In this document: positions 52,181-64,000 of the stretch, piece by piece | How the letters are laid out: every line of letters begins with the position of its first letter | How positions within the stretch are numbered: the first letter of the stretch is position 1 | Assembly (NCBI GenBank): GCA_964016885.1 | Contig: OZ024742.1 | Span: forward strand, 209,188,001 to 209,252,000 | DNA length: 64,000 bases | Source of the DNA: Eledone cirrhosa | Lineage: Eukaryota | Reading direction: 5' to 3' | Notes under the pieces: generated by a model | Database searches by the model: none | Told to the model about the DNA's origin: nothing | The model's input: the letters and a program-made list of their open reading frames with translations, nothing else | Translations under genes and position numbers: made by a program

Positions 52181-52264
52181 CTAACCGTACGTTGAAGCAG
52201 TCCATGAAACTGGCTGTCTTAACCATGAGCTGGATTACAATAAGCAATTTTCTGCTTCCCTAAC

Positions 52265-52397
<133 letters not shown>

Positions 52398-52399
52398 AA

Positions 52400-52834
52400 T
52401 AGAGCGAGAAACGGGACTGTCCATCATCAGTGAACTTCTGACTATCATTCATCGGTATTTCTTCGCATTAAAGACCAGATACCACAAAATCAGTGCGAGC
52501 AATGACTAAAATAAGTTATTGGGACAGAGCGAATTGGGTGGAGAAAGAGGGACAGTAAACAAAGAAAATAGTAATGCAACGTAAAGAGAGGAAATGAGAG
52601 ACAAGTCAATGATACATTGTGAACTTAAGTTCGAACAAATCAACGATGAGAGGACGGCAGACACGTCCGAACCCTGCGAGATGTGAGAGAGAAAAAGATT
52701 TCACACAGGTCAGACGGGAGGAGGTGAGAGAGGAGAAGCAGCAGAGTATGAGTGAGTGAAAGTGTGAGGAAGAGCCCAGCCGAGAGAGTGCAACCAGCAG
52801 AGGGGATTAATGAAAGCAAGAGGTACAAGGAGAG

Positions 52835-52840
<6 letters not shown>
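52400..52840 (-). repeat. Diverged copy of the 613-bp repeat family
   Basis: Shares ggtcttta..gcga.gaaat.cc..cactgatga.ggaca and gacctgtgtga blocks. Confidence 0.6.
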
Positions 52841-52861
<21 letters not shown>

Positions 52862-52865
<4 letters not shown>

Positions 52866-54212
52866 TAGATTCGATACATTTTGTACAAGGAAAGGAAAAG
52901 ACATTTATTTGGTTAAGATGGATATATTCAATCGAAATAATATTTTCCTTCATTCTTAATAACAGAATCCCATCTGCCTGGCAAGATGTTGATCGCTCTA
53001 ACCTAAGATTTTTTTAGGTTGCGAAGCAAAGATGGAAAGATGGATTCAATGTCCATTTTTACCTCTTTTTGGTTGGAAAACTGTGTTCCATTTACAAAAT
53101 GGTGCAATTATCTATAAAGAGGATAATCTGATGGAGAAGGGTGAGCTAAATAAGGAGGATGAGGCGAAACCTTCATATTAAGTGTAAAAAATGTTTTCTG
53201 TTCAACCCTGGCAACGTGTGGTCTCGCATTGTCATGTAGGAGCAACATATCTTTGATTTGCCATTGCTGGTCGCTTTTTCTGCAATTTTTTATGTAATGA
53301 TTCCAGTTGGTTACAATACTTATCAGCATTAAATAAACCACACCCTTCATATCACACCAGATACGGAGACATTTTCAGGGTGTAGTCAGGGTTTGGGCGT
53401 GTTTTCCTCCTTTTCATTTGGTTACATCCATTGTCGCTTTTGCTTTTAGCTATTATTGTACAGCATCCACTTTTCATCACTGGTTGTTACTCTACCTAGA
53501 AACGGGTCATTAGCAAATCTATTATTTAATTGTTACTACGTTTAGGCACAAGGCCAGCAATTACCCAGTGCATTACTGGTACTTTATTTTATCGACCCCG
53601 TAAGGAAGAAAGGCAAAGTCAACCTCGGCGGGATTTGAACTTATTTAATGAATAGCAAAGGGCAATTCTTTGACCAAGTTGAATACCAGTCAGATTATGT
53701 GGTCACGCACTGACCAAGTTTAGACACCTTTCCCAGATCATGCAGTTGCTTTACATGTCCAGTGAAATTTATTGAACACTTTTGCCAATTCTCGAACAGT
53801 TTGCTCAGGGTTTTCTTACATCACATTCCGTAGAAGCTCGGGATTGAGAGAACATTGTCGCTCTGATCAAGGGGAATAAAAGGTTTCCGATCGGAGTTGT
53901 TTAAACCATCGTTGGCATGTTGGGAAATTTGGAGCTAAATCTTTATAGGCAGAACGAATATTTTGTATTCCGTCTACTGATCCGGAACTCTTTTCGTATT
54001 CATACATCATTTAAATTCTTATATATGTCTGCTCAGTACTCATTCGGTCTAATTGCATATTATTAAACAATATAATATTGAATTAATCTGACAAGAAAAT
54101 AGGAACCATTAGAACAAAAAATGAAAAGTTTATCTTGAAGTCAGTATTGAAAAATTGTCTTGGAAGTCATTATGACTAAAATGTGACAGGACTTTATTTT
54201 ATCCAACCTATT
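52862..54212 (-). mobile_element. Degenerate mariner element with a nested SINE
   Basis: LLHDNARPH, HPPY..PSDY, VTSDEKW; termini tattagattcgata / tatccaacctatta. Confidence 0.85.
53525..53641 (-). mobile_element. SINE fragment nested in the mariner
   Basis: gttcaaatcccgccgaggttgactttgcc..ggggtcgataaaataaagtaccag. Confidence 0.8.
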
Positions 54213-54276
54213 ATATATATATAATTCTATATATTTCTGGTAATATTATATGACCTTCCACAAATATAACTATAAC

Positions 54277-54309
<33 letters not shown>

Positions 54310-54432
54310 TAGAAAATGAGGTTTTTCTTTCAAAATGAAAAACAAGGAGATGTCCTACACGAGTGAGAGTATAAGGAAAATAGATGAAATCAAATATGCA
54401 ACTGGAGCCTTTTTAAGAATATTTATTTGGTT

Positions 54433-54470
54433 CCTTTACCGGTTTCGCAGGTCTTATTCTTTTCAAAAGT
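54433..54470 (-). ncRNA. Hammerhead motif (U3-A8), weak stem II
   Basis: Minus strand: actt TTGAAAA g..c GAAA ccgg TA aagg. Confidence 0.5.
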
Positions 54471-54506
54471 AGAATTGAAATGGAGGGTTTGTGGTTTTTC
54501 TCGCAT

Positions 54507-54549
<43 letters not shown>

Positions 54550-54551
<2 letters not shown>

Positions 54552-54729
54552 CAAAGGAATTGTGGTAAGGAACCAAATGGACCATAACGCACCAGAGTAC
54601 TCAATACTTAGGGTAGTAGAGTGGGAAATAGGAAAAAGTATGACCCCACGGCAGAGCTCAAGCCGTTTCGACGGCTATTTCAGAAATAGCCGTCGACACG
54701 GCTTGAGCTCTGCCGTCGGGGTCATACTT

Positions 54730-54733
<4 letters not shown>
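54550..54733 (-). repeat. Very short PLE 3' end with fold-back inside the HHR
   Basis: Family of 13000-13118; arms 54632-54681 and 54683-54733; (TA)n on both sides. Confidence 0.85.
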
Positions 54734-54779
<46 letters not shown>

Positions 54780-54782
<3 letters not shown>

Positions 54783-56640
54783 AGATACAAAACATAACAA
54801 CACACTTAATATTAATGGCACCATCCACACCTATATAAACAACAAATCTAAGACTAAACAAAATTGGCAACAAACACGTAAATTAAAGGAACAGAATACT
54901 AATACAAAGACCACTAATAACTATAGAAGATGCAGAAATAGAAACTACTTATGGTTCAATCCAATGTTTAATTCCTCTATAAAAACTAAGCTAACTTACA
55001 CTTTCTTCAAATTAGTTGACAAACATTTCCCTAAAATTCGTAAATATCATAAAGTCTTTATTAGAAAAACTATCAAACTTTCATACTCCACTGCCAACAA
55101 CATAGAATCGTACATTCAGAAAATTAACTATAGAAGAATTTATAATACAAGTAACCCACAAATAAGTACCATAACACCAAATACAAAGCATAAGCATATA
55201 ACATCATCACAACCAAACACACGTCAGATCCCATCACCACAATACATCAACAAACCCAATTCTCAGCCCAAACATAACAACCAACAAAACCATATCGAAG
55301 AACCGGCGCATAGAAAAGCATCTAAATGTAACTGCCATCTACCTGACAAATGTCCTTTACAAAACAGATGCCTAGAGACAAATAGTATACCTATGTACTC
55401 TAAATTCAGGTAGCTTAGCATGGCATTACATTGGTTCCACAGCTGGGGAGTTTAAGAAAAGGTGGTACGTACATAGACACTCTATGACTAACTTGAATCT
55501 CTCAAAGACAACGACTCTTGACAATACATCTGGCAACTTAAAGATGCAAACATGGAATATATAATCAGCTGGACAAAGGTATCAAAAGCAAAGGCCTATC
55601 CAATTGGTATGTCCCACTGCGGTCTCTGTAATATGGAAGTTTTTCAAATTTTAAATTACAAGATCTTCTTAACAGTAAAATTGAAAAAAACATTTTCTGC
55701 CGACATAAATCGGCAACTGAATTTGAGAACTTTAGACCAGCTTAATTCCGTCTTATCTATTCCATAACCCAGATTGTACCACTTGGATTTATTATGATAT
55801 CACATTATCAACATCATCATCATTATAATTATAATTATAATTATAATTGTCATCATCTATCAAAGAACAATATCAAAACCTCTTATATTTGCATTCTTAT
55901 TTTATATATATATATTTGTTCACTCTTTATCTTAATATCTCTTTCCCTAAATTTATCTCATCACTGTCATTCTATTTTATAATATAATATAACTTAAAAC
56001 TAATTTATTAATTTATTTATTAAAATAACCAATACACACATAAATATATTTAACATTATCGTATTTTCACCATTTTTTTCATATATATATTTTTTTATAT
56101 ATCTATTTTTATTTTTATTTACATTTATTCATGCAATAAGGTTTATTCATCTATTTGTCCCTCTTTCCTTCTTCTCTTCATTCTATCATACGTTTATTCT
56201 TATTTACGTTTGTCTCTCATATTGTACACCATCATCTTCTATATATCTTCCTCTCTTTATATTTCTATCTACAATAATTTCTCCTTTTCTTCTTTCTCTT
56301 TTTCTTTTTCCTTTTTCTTTCTTTCTTCTTCTTCCTTCCATTCCTTTCTTTCTTTACTGTATCTTTCTCCATGTTTTCCTTCTTTTCTCTCTATATCTTT
56401 ATTATTAATATTATTATTGATGATGTAATTTTAATTTGTAAATTTTCCGATTACATATATGTTTTGAACAGTTTCCGATGATCTAGTAGAGTTAACATCG
56501 TATTTAAAACTGAAAACTGAGTGGCACTGTTTTTAGTGTTCAGCAATTTTTAGACAACTCTATCAGTGAAACAATTGGTAGACTGCAAATAAATCCCATT
56601 TTTTTTTGTACTGTTGACCATGTTATTTTCCACTGTTTCG
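54780..56640 (+). mobile_element. Degenerate 5'-truncated Naiad-like PLE with 3' UTR
   Basis: WFNP, DKHFP, TIKLSYS, CNC..CPLQNRC, YIGST, CGLC..E. Confidence 0.8.
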
Positions 56641-56820
56641 GTGGATTGGCAGTATCAGTAGAGAGTCGGACGCCATGCTTTCCAGCATAGTTACGTCCCT
56701 TTACGGTCTGTGTTCAAATCCCGCCGAGGTTAACTTTGCCTTTCATCCTTACGGGGTCGATAAAATAAAGTACCAGTAATTGTACTGGTTAATTGCTGGC
56801 CTTGTGCCAAAAGTAGAAAC
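56640..56820 (+). mobile_element. tRNA-headed SINE
   Basis: ggtggattggcagtatc (A-box-like), gttcaaatcc (B box), shared body. Confidence 0.8.
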
Positions 56821-57789
56821 AGTTATTTTTCACTGTTTCAATTATATATATATTAATTTCTCTTTTTGTTTTCATTTACTTTTCATCAAAAGACATTTAT
56901 CTTACACCTCATTAACACTTCCCCAGACACACCCAAATTCATTATCTGTACACCAACAAGAGTTTAAACACTCATTGACTTAGTTGTTTTTTTTATATTT
57001 TATTTTATTCCTTTATCAAAGACCACTTAGGGAAATATGACCTGTATGAGGGCATTTTTAAAACCCCTTCCAAACTAACAACGACAAGAACAAAACAAAA
57101 TATTGCTCTCTCAACAAAAATTTAAACACTCATTAAACACTCATTAACTTTGTTTTATACTTTGACTTTTATGTTATTTCTTCACCCAAGACCACTTAGG
57201 TGGTAAATCTGACCATCACCATGTCTCCCTCACCCAACACCTCCCAATTCCACTGACTATCACAATGTCACTCTCACCCCAACACCTCCCAACTCCACTC
57301 TCAATCAATCAACTTGATTCTCCTTTTCGTTTTATTTTCATTTTTCATCAAAAGGTGGCATGTAATTTCACCTCATTAACAATTTCCTAGACCCCCCCCC
57401 CTAAAAAAAATGTTATATATACAATTTATATATACACTTTATGTATACATTATATATATACAATTTATATATACACTTTATGTACACGTTATATATATAC
57501 TTTATATTTACACTTCATTGTATCCAACCTATTATTTATATATAAATCTATATATTTCTGGCAATATTATAACAACATGACCCTCCCCAAATATCACTTT
57601 AGATCAGTTTCATAATCGCCAACGACGAATGTGAGAAAGTTATCCAGAAAGGTAACCAGCGAAGTTAACAAACGACTTATTAGCTCTACATTGCAAAATT
57701 ATAAAATTATGAAGTTAAATTAAATTGTTATAGAATACCAACTTCAAGTGAAATCATTATTTTCTTTACACACAGACCATATCTACCAT

Positions 57790-58022
57790 CTTTACCATAA
57801 CAGTAGTCCGAGGAGCTTTTGATTCCAGAGTCGGTTCAGATCGATAGAGATCGAATCTTGAGCTGATCAATCGCGAAACGCACGTCATACCTCAATAAAC
57901 GTAATGAAGATCTGATACTTGGTCCTTTTTATGATTAGTAGTATTACACTCTGCTTAGTACAACACCAATATACCTACTGGAAACTACGCATCCAATGCT
58001 CACTCTGGTGAACCTACAATCC
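57790..58022 (+). repeat. HHR-bearing unit homologous to 61060-61300 (degenerate core)
   Basis: gt CCGAGGA gcttttgat..atcaatcgc GAAA cgcacg TC at. Confidence 0.65.
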
Positions 58023-58120
58023 CATCATATATATATGTATGATGATATATATACCCAGTATCGAGTACCTTGGTGCGTTATGGTCCACATAATTACTTAC
58101 CACACTCCCTTCGTTATATA

Positions 58121-58229
<109 letters not shown>

Positions 58230-58280
58230 GAAGTAGGATTTAGTATCAGGCTTAGCTGTATAAACACACACACACACACA

Positions 58281-58341
<61 letters not shown>

Positions 58342-58357
58342 ATATATATATATATAT

Positions 58358-58934
58358 TTGGAATTAGGATTGGTGTTCTGAAATAGCGATGTATCGATGA
58401 AGGTATGTATAGTATATTTGGCAATATACCGTATGTTTAATTAAAAACATTTAAAGACCATACGCTATCAGTTTTAAAGTAGTGACTATGTCACCTACTT
58501 ATTTTCGGCGAAAGAGGGAGATAGGTTGACAGACTGTTTAACGCTGGTTGGCGTTCATCAGAACCACGCACTCCCCTGCCTCCGCCGAAAATTATAGAAG
58601 CTGGATTCTTATAGAATTCCAGTAATAATCTGCTCCTAATTCAGAGCACCAATCGTAATACCTAATTTTTGCTGGACCGGCAATCGCTCTATATAACCAG
58701 CTCCAGATTATTACTGGAATTCTATAAGAATCTAGCCTCTATAATTTTCGGCGGAAGCAGGGAGTGAGTGGTTCTGATGAACGCGAACCAGCGTGAAACA
58801 GACTGTCAACCTCTCTCCCTCTTTCGCCGACAATAAGTATGTGACATAGTGACTACTTTAAAAGGGATATCGTATGGTCCTCTAAATATGTTTAATTAAA
58901 CATACGGTATATGGCCAAACATACTATACATACA

Positions 58935-58937
<3 letters not shown>
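58358..58937. repeat. Inverted pair of a ~320-bp retrozyme-like unit related to the 310-bp array
   Basis: 58400-58635 mirrors 58700-58937; shares tcgctatttcaga and ctaattt.tgc.ggaccggcaa.cgctct with the array. Confidence 0.85.
58770..58811 (+). ncRNA. Type-I hammerhead ribozyme
   Basis: ggtt CTGATGA acgc-gaacca-gcgt GAAA cag-a-ctg TC aacc. Confidence 0.85.
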
Positions 58938-58974
<37 letters not shown>

Positions 58975-58981
<7 letters not shown>

Positions 58982-59200
58982 AAGTTAAATAAAAAGTCAA
59001 ATGTTTAAAATTTAGCTTCGTTTATTACTGCTATATATATTTCAGTGACAGCCATCTTTGGCTGTGACCTCTTCAGGCAGTTTGAAGAATTCAAACTGCC
59101 TAAAGAGGTCACAGCCAAAGATGGCTGTCACTGAAATATATATAGCAGTAATAAACGAAGCTAAATTTTAAACATTTGACTTTTTATTTAACTTTATTTT
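58975..59200. repeat. Near-perfect palindrome with an HHR in each arm
   Basis: Axis ~59088. Minus arm: actgc CTGAAGA ggtcacagcca..tggctgtcact GAAA tatata TA gcagt; plus arm core is CTAAAGA. Confidence 0.88.
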
Positions 59201-59296
59201 ACATTACTCCGGAGTAACCAAACCAACCTGCGCACTTCGTCGAGTGCTCTAGCCTGCATACTGAGGTGTTGGTATACAACCAACATATACTCAAAA

Positions 59297-59372
<76 letters not shown>

Positions 59373-59376
<4 letters not shown>

Positions 59377-59466
59377 AGAAAGTATGACCCCGACGGCAGA
59401 GCTGAAGCCGTTTCGACGGCTATTTCTGGACTATGGTCCATCTGGTTCCTTACCACAACTCCTTCG

Positions 59467-59468
<2 letters not shown>
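59373..59468. repeat. Tiny inverted PLE 3'-end remnant between (TA)n tracts
   Basis: Antisense HHR half joined at ~59431 to the sense tail tatggtccatctggttccttacc. Confidence 0.7.
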
Positions 59469-59505
<37 letters not shown>

Positions 59506-59534
59506 AAAGAATAGAGGTGTAACACACAAGTTAT

Positions 59535-59921
59535 TATATATTGGTAAACGGAATAGAAAATGCTGACAAATTGTTCACAGTTGAAAAATGGTTTAATTAG
59601 GAATAAAAGAGTATTAGTGATTGTATGGGTTAGTATTCAGTTGTGGTTTTAAGTTTTTAAGTTTTTACCTGTTGCGCATTTCTAAATGCTTTTCAAAAAT
59701 AATTTTGAGATAGAGTGTCCGTGCTGTTTGCTGAGCAAACAGCACGGACACTCTATCTCAAAATTATTTTTGAAAAGCATTTAGAAATGCGCAACCGGTA
59801 AAAACTTAAAAACTTAAAACCACAACTGAATACTAACCCATACAATCACTAATACTCTTTTATTCCTAATTAAACCATTTTTCAACTGTGAACAATTTGT
59901 CAGCATTTTCTATTCCGTTTA

Positions 59922-59930
<9 letters not shown>
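59535..59930. repeat. Near-perfect ~400-bp palindrome with degenerate HHR arms
   Basis: Axis in tttgctgagcaaa (~59733); ttt TTGAAAA gcatt..aatgc GCAA ccgg TA aaa at 59766-59804. Confidence 0.85.
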
Positions 59931-59974
<44 letters not shown>

Positions 59975-61068
59975 TATATATATGTATATATATAATATAT
60001 ATATATATGTATATATGTATATGTATATATGTATGTATGTATATTCATTTATTCATATTTTGAACTTGCAGCTGAAACACTACTTTTATGTGTTATCACA
60101 TTATCATCCTCCCTCAAGATATTCATGTAAACATATCAACAATTTTCATCTTACTTATTTATAGAGGTCATACTTATAAATAACCAAAGAAAGTAGAATG
60201 CAAGTAAAACCCGTGGAAAAAATTCTATAAAGATATCAAGGAAAGTATCTAGAGTAAGTGTGATAGAACGTATCATCATATATGTTGAATCTATTTGAAT
60301 CTTTTTATTATCTGTTATTGATAGATTGAATAAAGAGATAAAATAAACATTTTCGGTGTCAGTGGCAGTATTAGTAAAACGAATCATGATGTCGCTTTCA
60401 AAGGTCAAATGTATATAAAGGTTCCAAAACCAAATGTCACTATACTTCTTTACAATTTACTTTATGTATTGGAAAACTTTAGAAAACAAAGAGAAAATAT
60501 AAGATATGTCTTTAAAAAGGACAAGTTTGATTCAAATATTCATCGAACTACTTTTATACATACCTACTAATTGAATGTTTATATACAGCTTACTGATTCA
60601 GTATTAATATATTTATATTTCGTTTAGCTACAAAGTATAGTGATCATCAGAAATGTTCATTAAACACGAAAAAAAGACTGCCTAACGCATATATGATATA
60701 TTGTCTAGTATTCTAATGCGCCCAAGATCGAAGAAATCCTTTTCTATCAAAGTGACTCCGTTTGAAATATTGTCTTGTATACATCTATAACAGGAAACAA
60801 AGAAAAATAATGGAATTTGTTGGATTGTGTTACTATTTATAAGAAGGTATCAAAACAATTACTTAAATATTCATATCAATGGCTAATTTAAATAGTATAA
60901 TAATTAAATTGTCATAAGAAGAATTGTAGTTTTAAATTTAATTACCTTTTGCTTATGCTGAAATTATTTAAAAGGAAGATAAAAAATAATGTAGTAAATG
61001 ATGGCCAAACAAGAAACAAAACTCGTGAGTTTAAATTGTGCTTGTTTCTAAATGTTATATATAACAGA

Positions 61069-61153
61069 GGTCTGATGAGCTCTTGATTCCAGAGACGGGT
61101 TAGGTCGATACAGATCGAGCCTTGAGCTGATCAAAAGCGAAACGCGCGTCACC
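61069..61153 (+). ncRNA. Type-I hammerhead ribozyme with long stem II insertion
   Basis: ggt CTGATGA gctcttgat..atcaaaagc GAAA cgcgcg TC acc. Confidence 0.8.
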
Positions 61154-61305
61154 AATCAACAAACGTAACGAAGACTTAACAAATCGTCCTTGTTTTATTA
61201 TATTACAATCTGTCTAGCTCTACACCTTACTACTGATGTGAACCTAAACATCGAGTGCTCACCTAGGTGAACCTACAGTAACTTCACGTTACAGTCCCTG
61301 GATAT

Positions 61306-61375
<70 letters not shown>

Positions 61376-61378
61376 GTA

Positions 61379-61473
<95 letters not shown>

Positions 61474-61476
61474 GTA

Positions 61477-61514
<38 letters not shown>

Positions 61515-61735
61515 ATCTGTTGATTAGTTTGCATTATGCAAACAGCCTCTTTAAGGCATATCAGTAGAATGACTCCCTAATTCTTGCTCTTTTTGTTGGC
61601 ACACAAACAGAAGGGCAGACCCTAATGTTTCTTTGTGATTACTCTTCATCAGTACCGTATACTTCTTACCTGTCAACTGTCAGAGTTAGTGAAAATATAT
61701 GATGTTTTCTGAAATATACAGTGTCTGATCGACCC

Positions 61736-61853
61736 CATTTGCATATTAGCAGACTGCCTGGTCAGTCAGATTTGCATATTAGCAGATCCACTATTCAGCC
61801 AGATTTGCATAACAGCAGATCCACTATTCAGCCAGATTTGCATAACAGCAGAT
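61736..61853 (+). repeat. 33-bp minisatellite with an octamer ATTTGCAT in each unit
   Basis: ATTTGCAT at 61737, 61770, 61803, 61836. Confidence 0.8.
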
Positions 61854-62502
61854 AGGCTAGTCAGTTTCATGTATACGAGCGATTAATGGACGGCTTTGCT
61901 ATATATATATATATTCACTCATTGTTGTAATTATTATTGTCTCCTAGCCTTTATAATTAATTAAATGATTAATTGATTGATTAATTAATTATTGTTTGTT
62001 TGATAACCTAGTCGAGAGCTTACTTTAGAGGCTGTGAATAGATTCCTTTCTTCACACATTTGAATTTGCCCGCCAAAGCCCGGATGTGAATCTTCCTCTT
62101 TTCTTGAGAAATAACGACGTGACCCTGCTGCCAACACTACGTCTACAGTGGAGTTACTATGCCGCGCTGGTGGATAATGGAACGAAACGTCTGTAGAGAA
62201 AGGGTATCCTCGTTCCATCTTAGGATACGTTGCTGGCTTGCATATTACGCAACTTGGAGTGTAGCTTGCGAATTCCCAGAAACCAATCAAAGATATTTAT
62301 ATATCTATCGATCAGTTCCAGATTCCACATTAACCTGTATGTATTTCCGTTGTTGTAGTGGCTTTTGTCGCAACATGTCTCCGGTCGGAATTTTCACTGT
62401 GTCATATCCCAAACATATTTTTATTACTCTGATCTATAATTTATCGGTTGATTTATATCACCGCATTGATTTCTTTGTACCAGTCTCAGAAGATTGATTT
62501 CG

Positions 62503-62598
<96 letters not shown>

Positions 62599-62639
62599 AA
62601 CATAGAAAACAATCAAATTTTTGTTTAATGCATTTAATT

Positions 62640-62684
62640 GCTGGCGATCGTTTCTTCCAGACAAATGTCTGGATTCATCGGAGC
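62640..62684 (-). ncRNA. Degenerate hammerhead motif
   Basis: Minus strand: gct CCGATGA a-tccagaca-tt-tgtctgga-a GAAA cgatcg CC agc. Confidence 0.55.
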
Positions 62685-63335
62685 ATATACAATGCTAAAA
62701 CAAATAAATTCCTAATCCTTAAAACATTCATTAAGATACATTATATTCGAGAAGACTAATTATAATTATTAGTATCTGTTACAATATATTGAAAGTAAAA
62801 TCAAAAGAACATCATAATGAAAAGGTAGTAAAACATCGAGAAGTATTATAAAGTGAAGCTGTTTTGAATCTAAATGATATATGCAAGCAGTATTACTTAT
62901 AAATCAATATATCAAGAATATCATACCAGGAATATAAACAATAGCAGAGAACATGCAATAAGGTGACATAATTGAGTAGTGATAGCATACATATAGGTGT
63001 TATATATTATAAGCATTATAAGATGTATTAGTTATAGGCAAAGATATTAATGCAAACGTTTTATGAAGTTTATGTAGAAAACCTTAAGATTGTTATAGTG
63101 TTAACCTATTGATATTGACGGTTACATTTTGAAAAGGTTAATGAATTCAGACAAAGGGAGTTAATTAAATAAGGGAGGTAATTAATAAATGTATTGAGAA
63201 CAATAAAAACAATCATTAAAAAAGCTTTTATATATTACAAATCTATAAACAATATATATATTTATATTATTTATATATTTATTTATTTAACTCTATATAT
63301 TTATAAATTTATAATTTATTTATTTATTTATGAAC

Positions 63336-63510
63336 TGGCGGTGGATTGGCAGTATCGGTAGAGGGATGGACGCCACCCTTTGTAGCATAGAGTTGCGCCC
63401 CTTTACGATCTGAGTTCATATCCCGCCCTTCATCCTTACGAGGTCGATAAAGAAAAGGACCAGTAATGCACCGGGATAATTGCTGGCCTTGTGCCAAAAG
63501 TAGAAACAAC
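63336..63510 (+). mobile_element. tRNA-headed SINE (internally deleted)
   Basis: Homologous to 56640-56820. Confidence 0.8.
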
Positions 63511-63739
63511 TATTACCAGCTACCTATTGTGTGTCATATTTATTCAGAAATGAAATAATTAAATGGAAGATACTTTAAGAAGGATAACATAGGAAGGTAC
63601 ATAATGGGACTTATATAAAGGTATACAAAAATTAGAAGATTTAGATGATTAAAATTCAAGGTACAAATATTAATGGAAATGTGGTTTAAGATCTGACATT
63701 GTTATAAATTAGCTGCTAGGTTTAAAATAGTGAAAAGCG

Positions 63740-64000
63740 TGTTGGTGAGTGTGTGGACACGTAGAGAAAATATCTGACCTTCTATTTATTAGGTTTAGGT
63801 AAGAAAGAATACGAGACTCTAAAAGTTTGTTAGTTGGTTTATAAGAGGAGGCTTTAGCAAACATGCTCCATCTAAGGTGTAAGGTTTGTTGATAGTTTTC
63901 AATGAATATATATATGCAGATAATGAAGTAGCGTGTTTTAGTTTAAATGTTTTTTAAAGTATGAAGGTGCGAGTTATATCTCGTCTTAAAGCTATTCGAG
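63740..64000 (-). pseudogene. C-terminus of a degenerate Naiad-like PLE GIY-YIG domain
   Basis: Minus strand: KPY.., LINRRSDIFSTCPH; AT-rich 3' UTR runs toward the HHR at 62640. Confidence 0.55.

Noticed and set aside
54427-55413. 328-aa ORF as a gene
   Set aside because: Chance fusion of pLTR fragments, (TA)n and a degenerate PLE remnant.
56640-56730. tRNA gene
   Set aside because: A/B boxes belong to a SINE head; no full cloverleaf.

Overview
AT-rich, microsatellite-saturated animal DNA. The SINE and LINE complement looks cephalopod/Octopus-like (inference). No intact host gene is supported. Almost all non-microsatellite sequence is transposon-derived: Penelope-like elements (PLEs; one long RT+GIY-YIG ORF and many 5'-truncated Naiad-like copies), an RTE LINE with a 5' inversion, RLE-type LINE remnants, mariner and Helitron remnants, and tRNA-type SINEs. 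The main signal is non-coding. By eye the window holds about 35-40 type-I hammerhead ribozyme (HHR) motifs from roughly 18 sequence families, mostly with palindromic stem III and often with the compensatory U3-A8 core. The best case is a 310-bp, apparently identical tandem array (24521-27749) with one HHR per unit, arranged as ~4 units on the minus strand and ~6.4 units on the plus strand between (TA)n tracts. This is a retrozyme-like insertion, probably copied from a circular RNA. Several other ORF-less HHR units and fold-back hairpins also sit in (TA)n tracts. All coordinates and folds were derived by eye.
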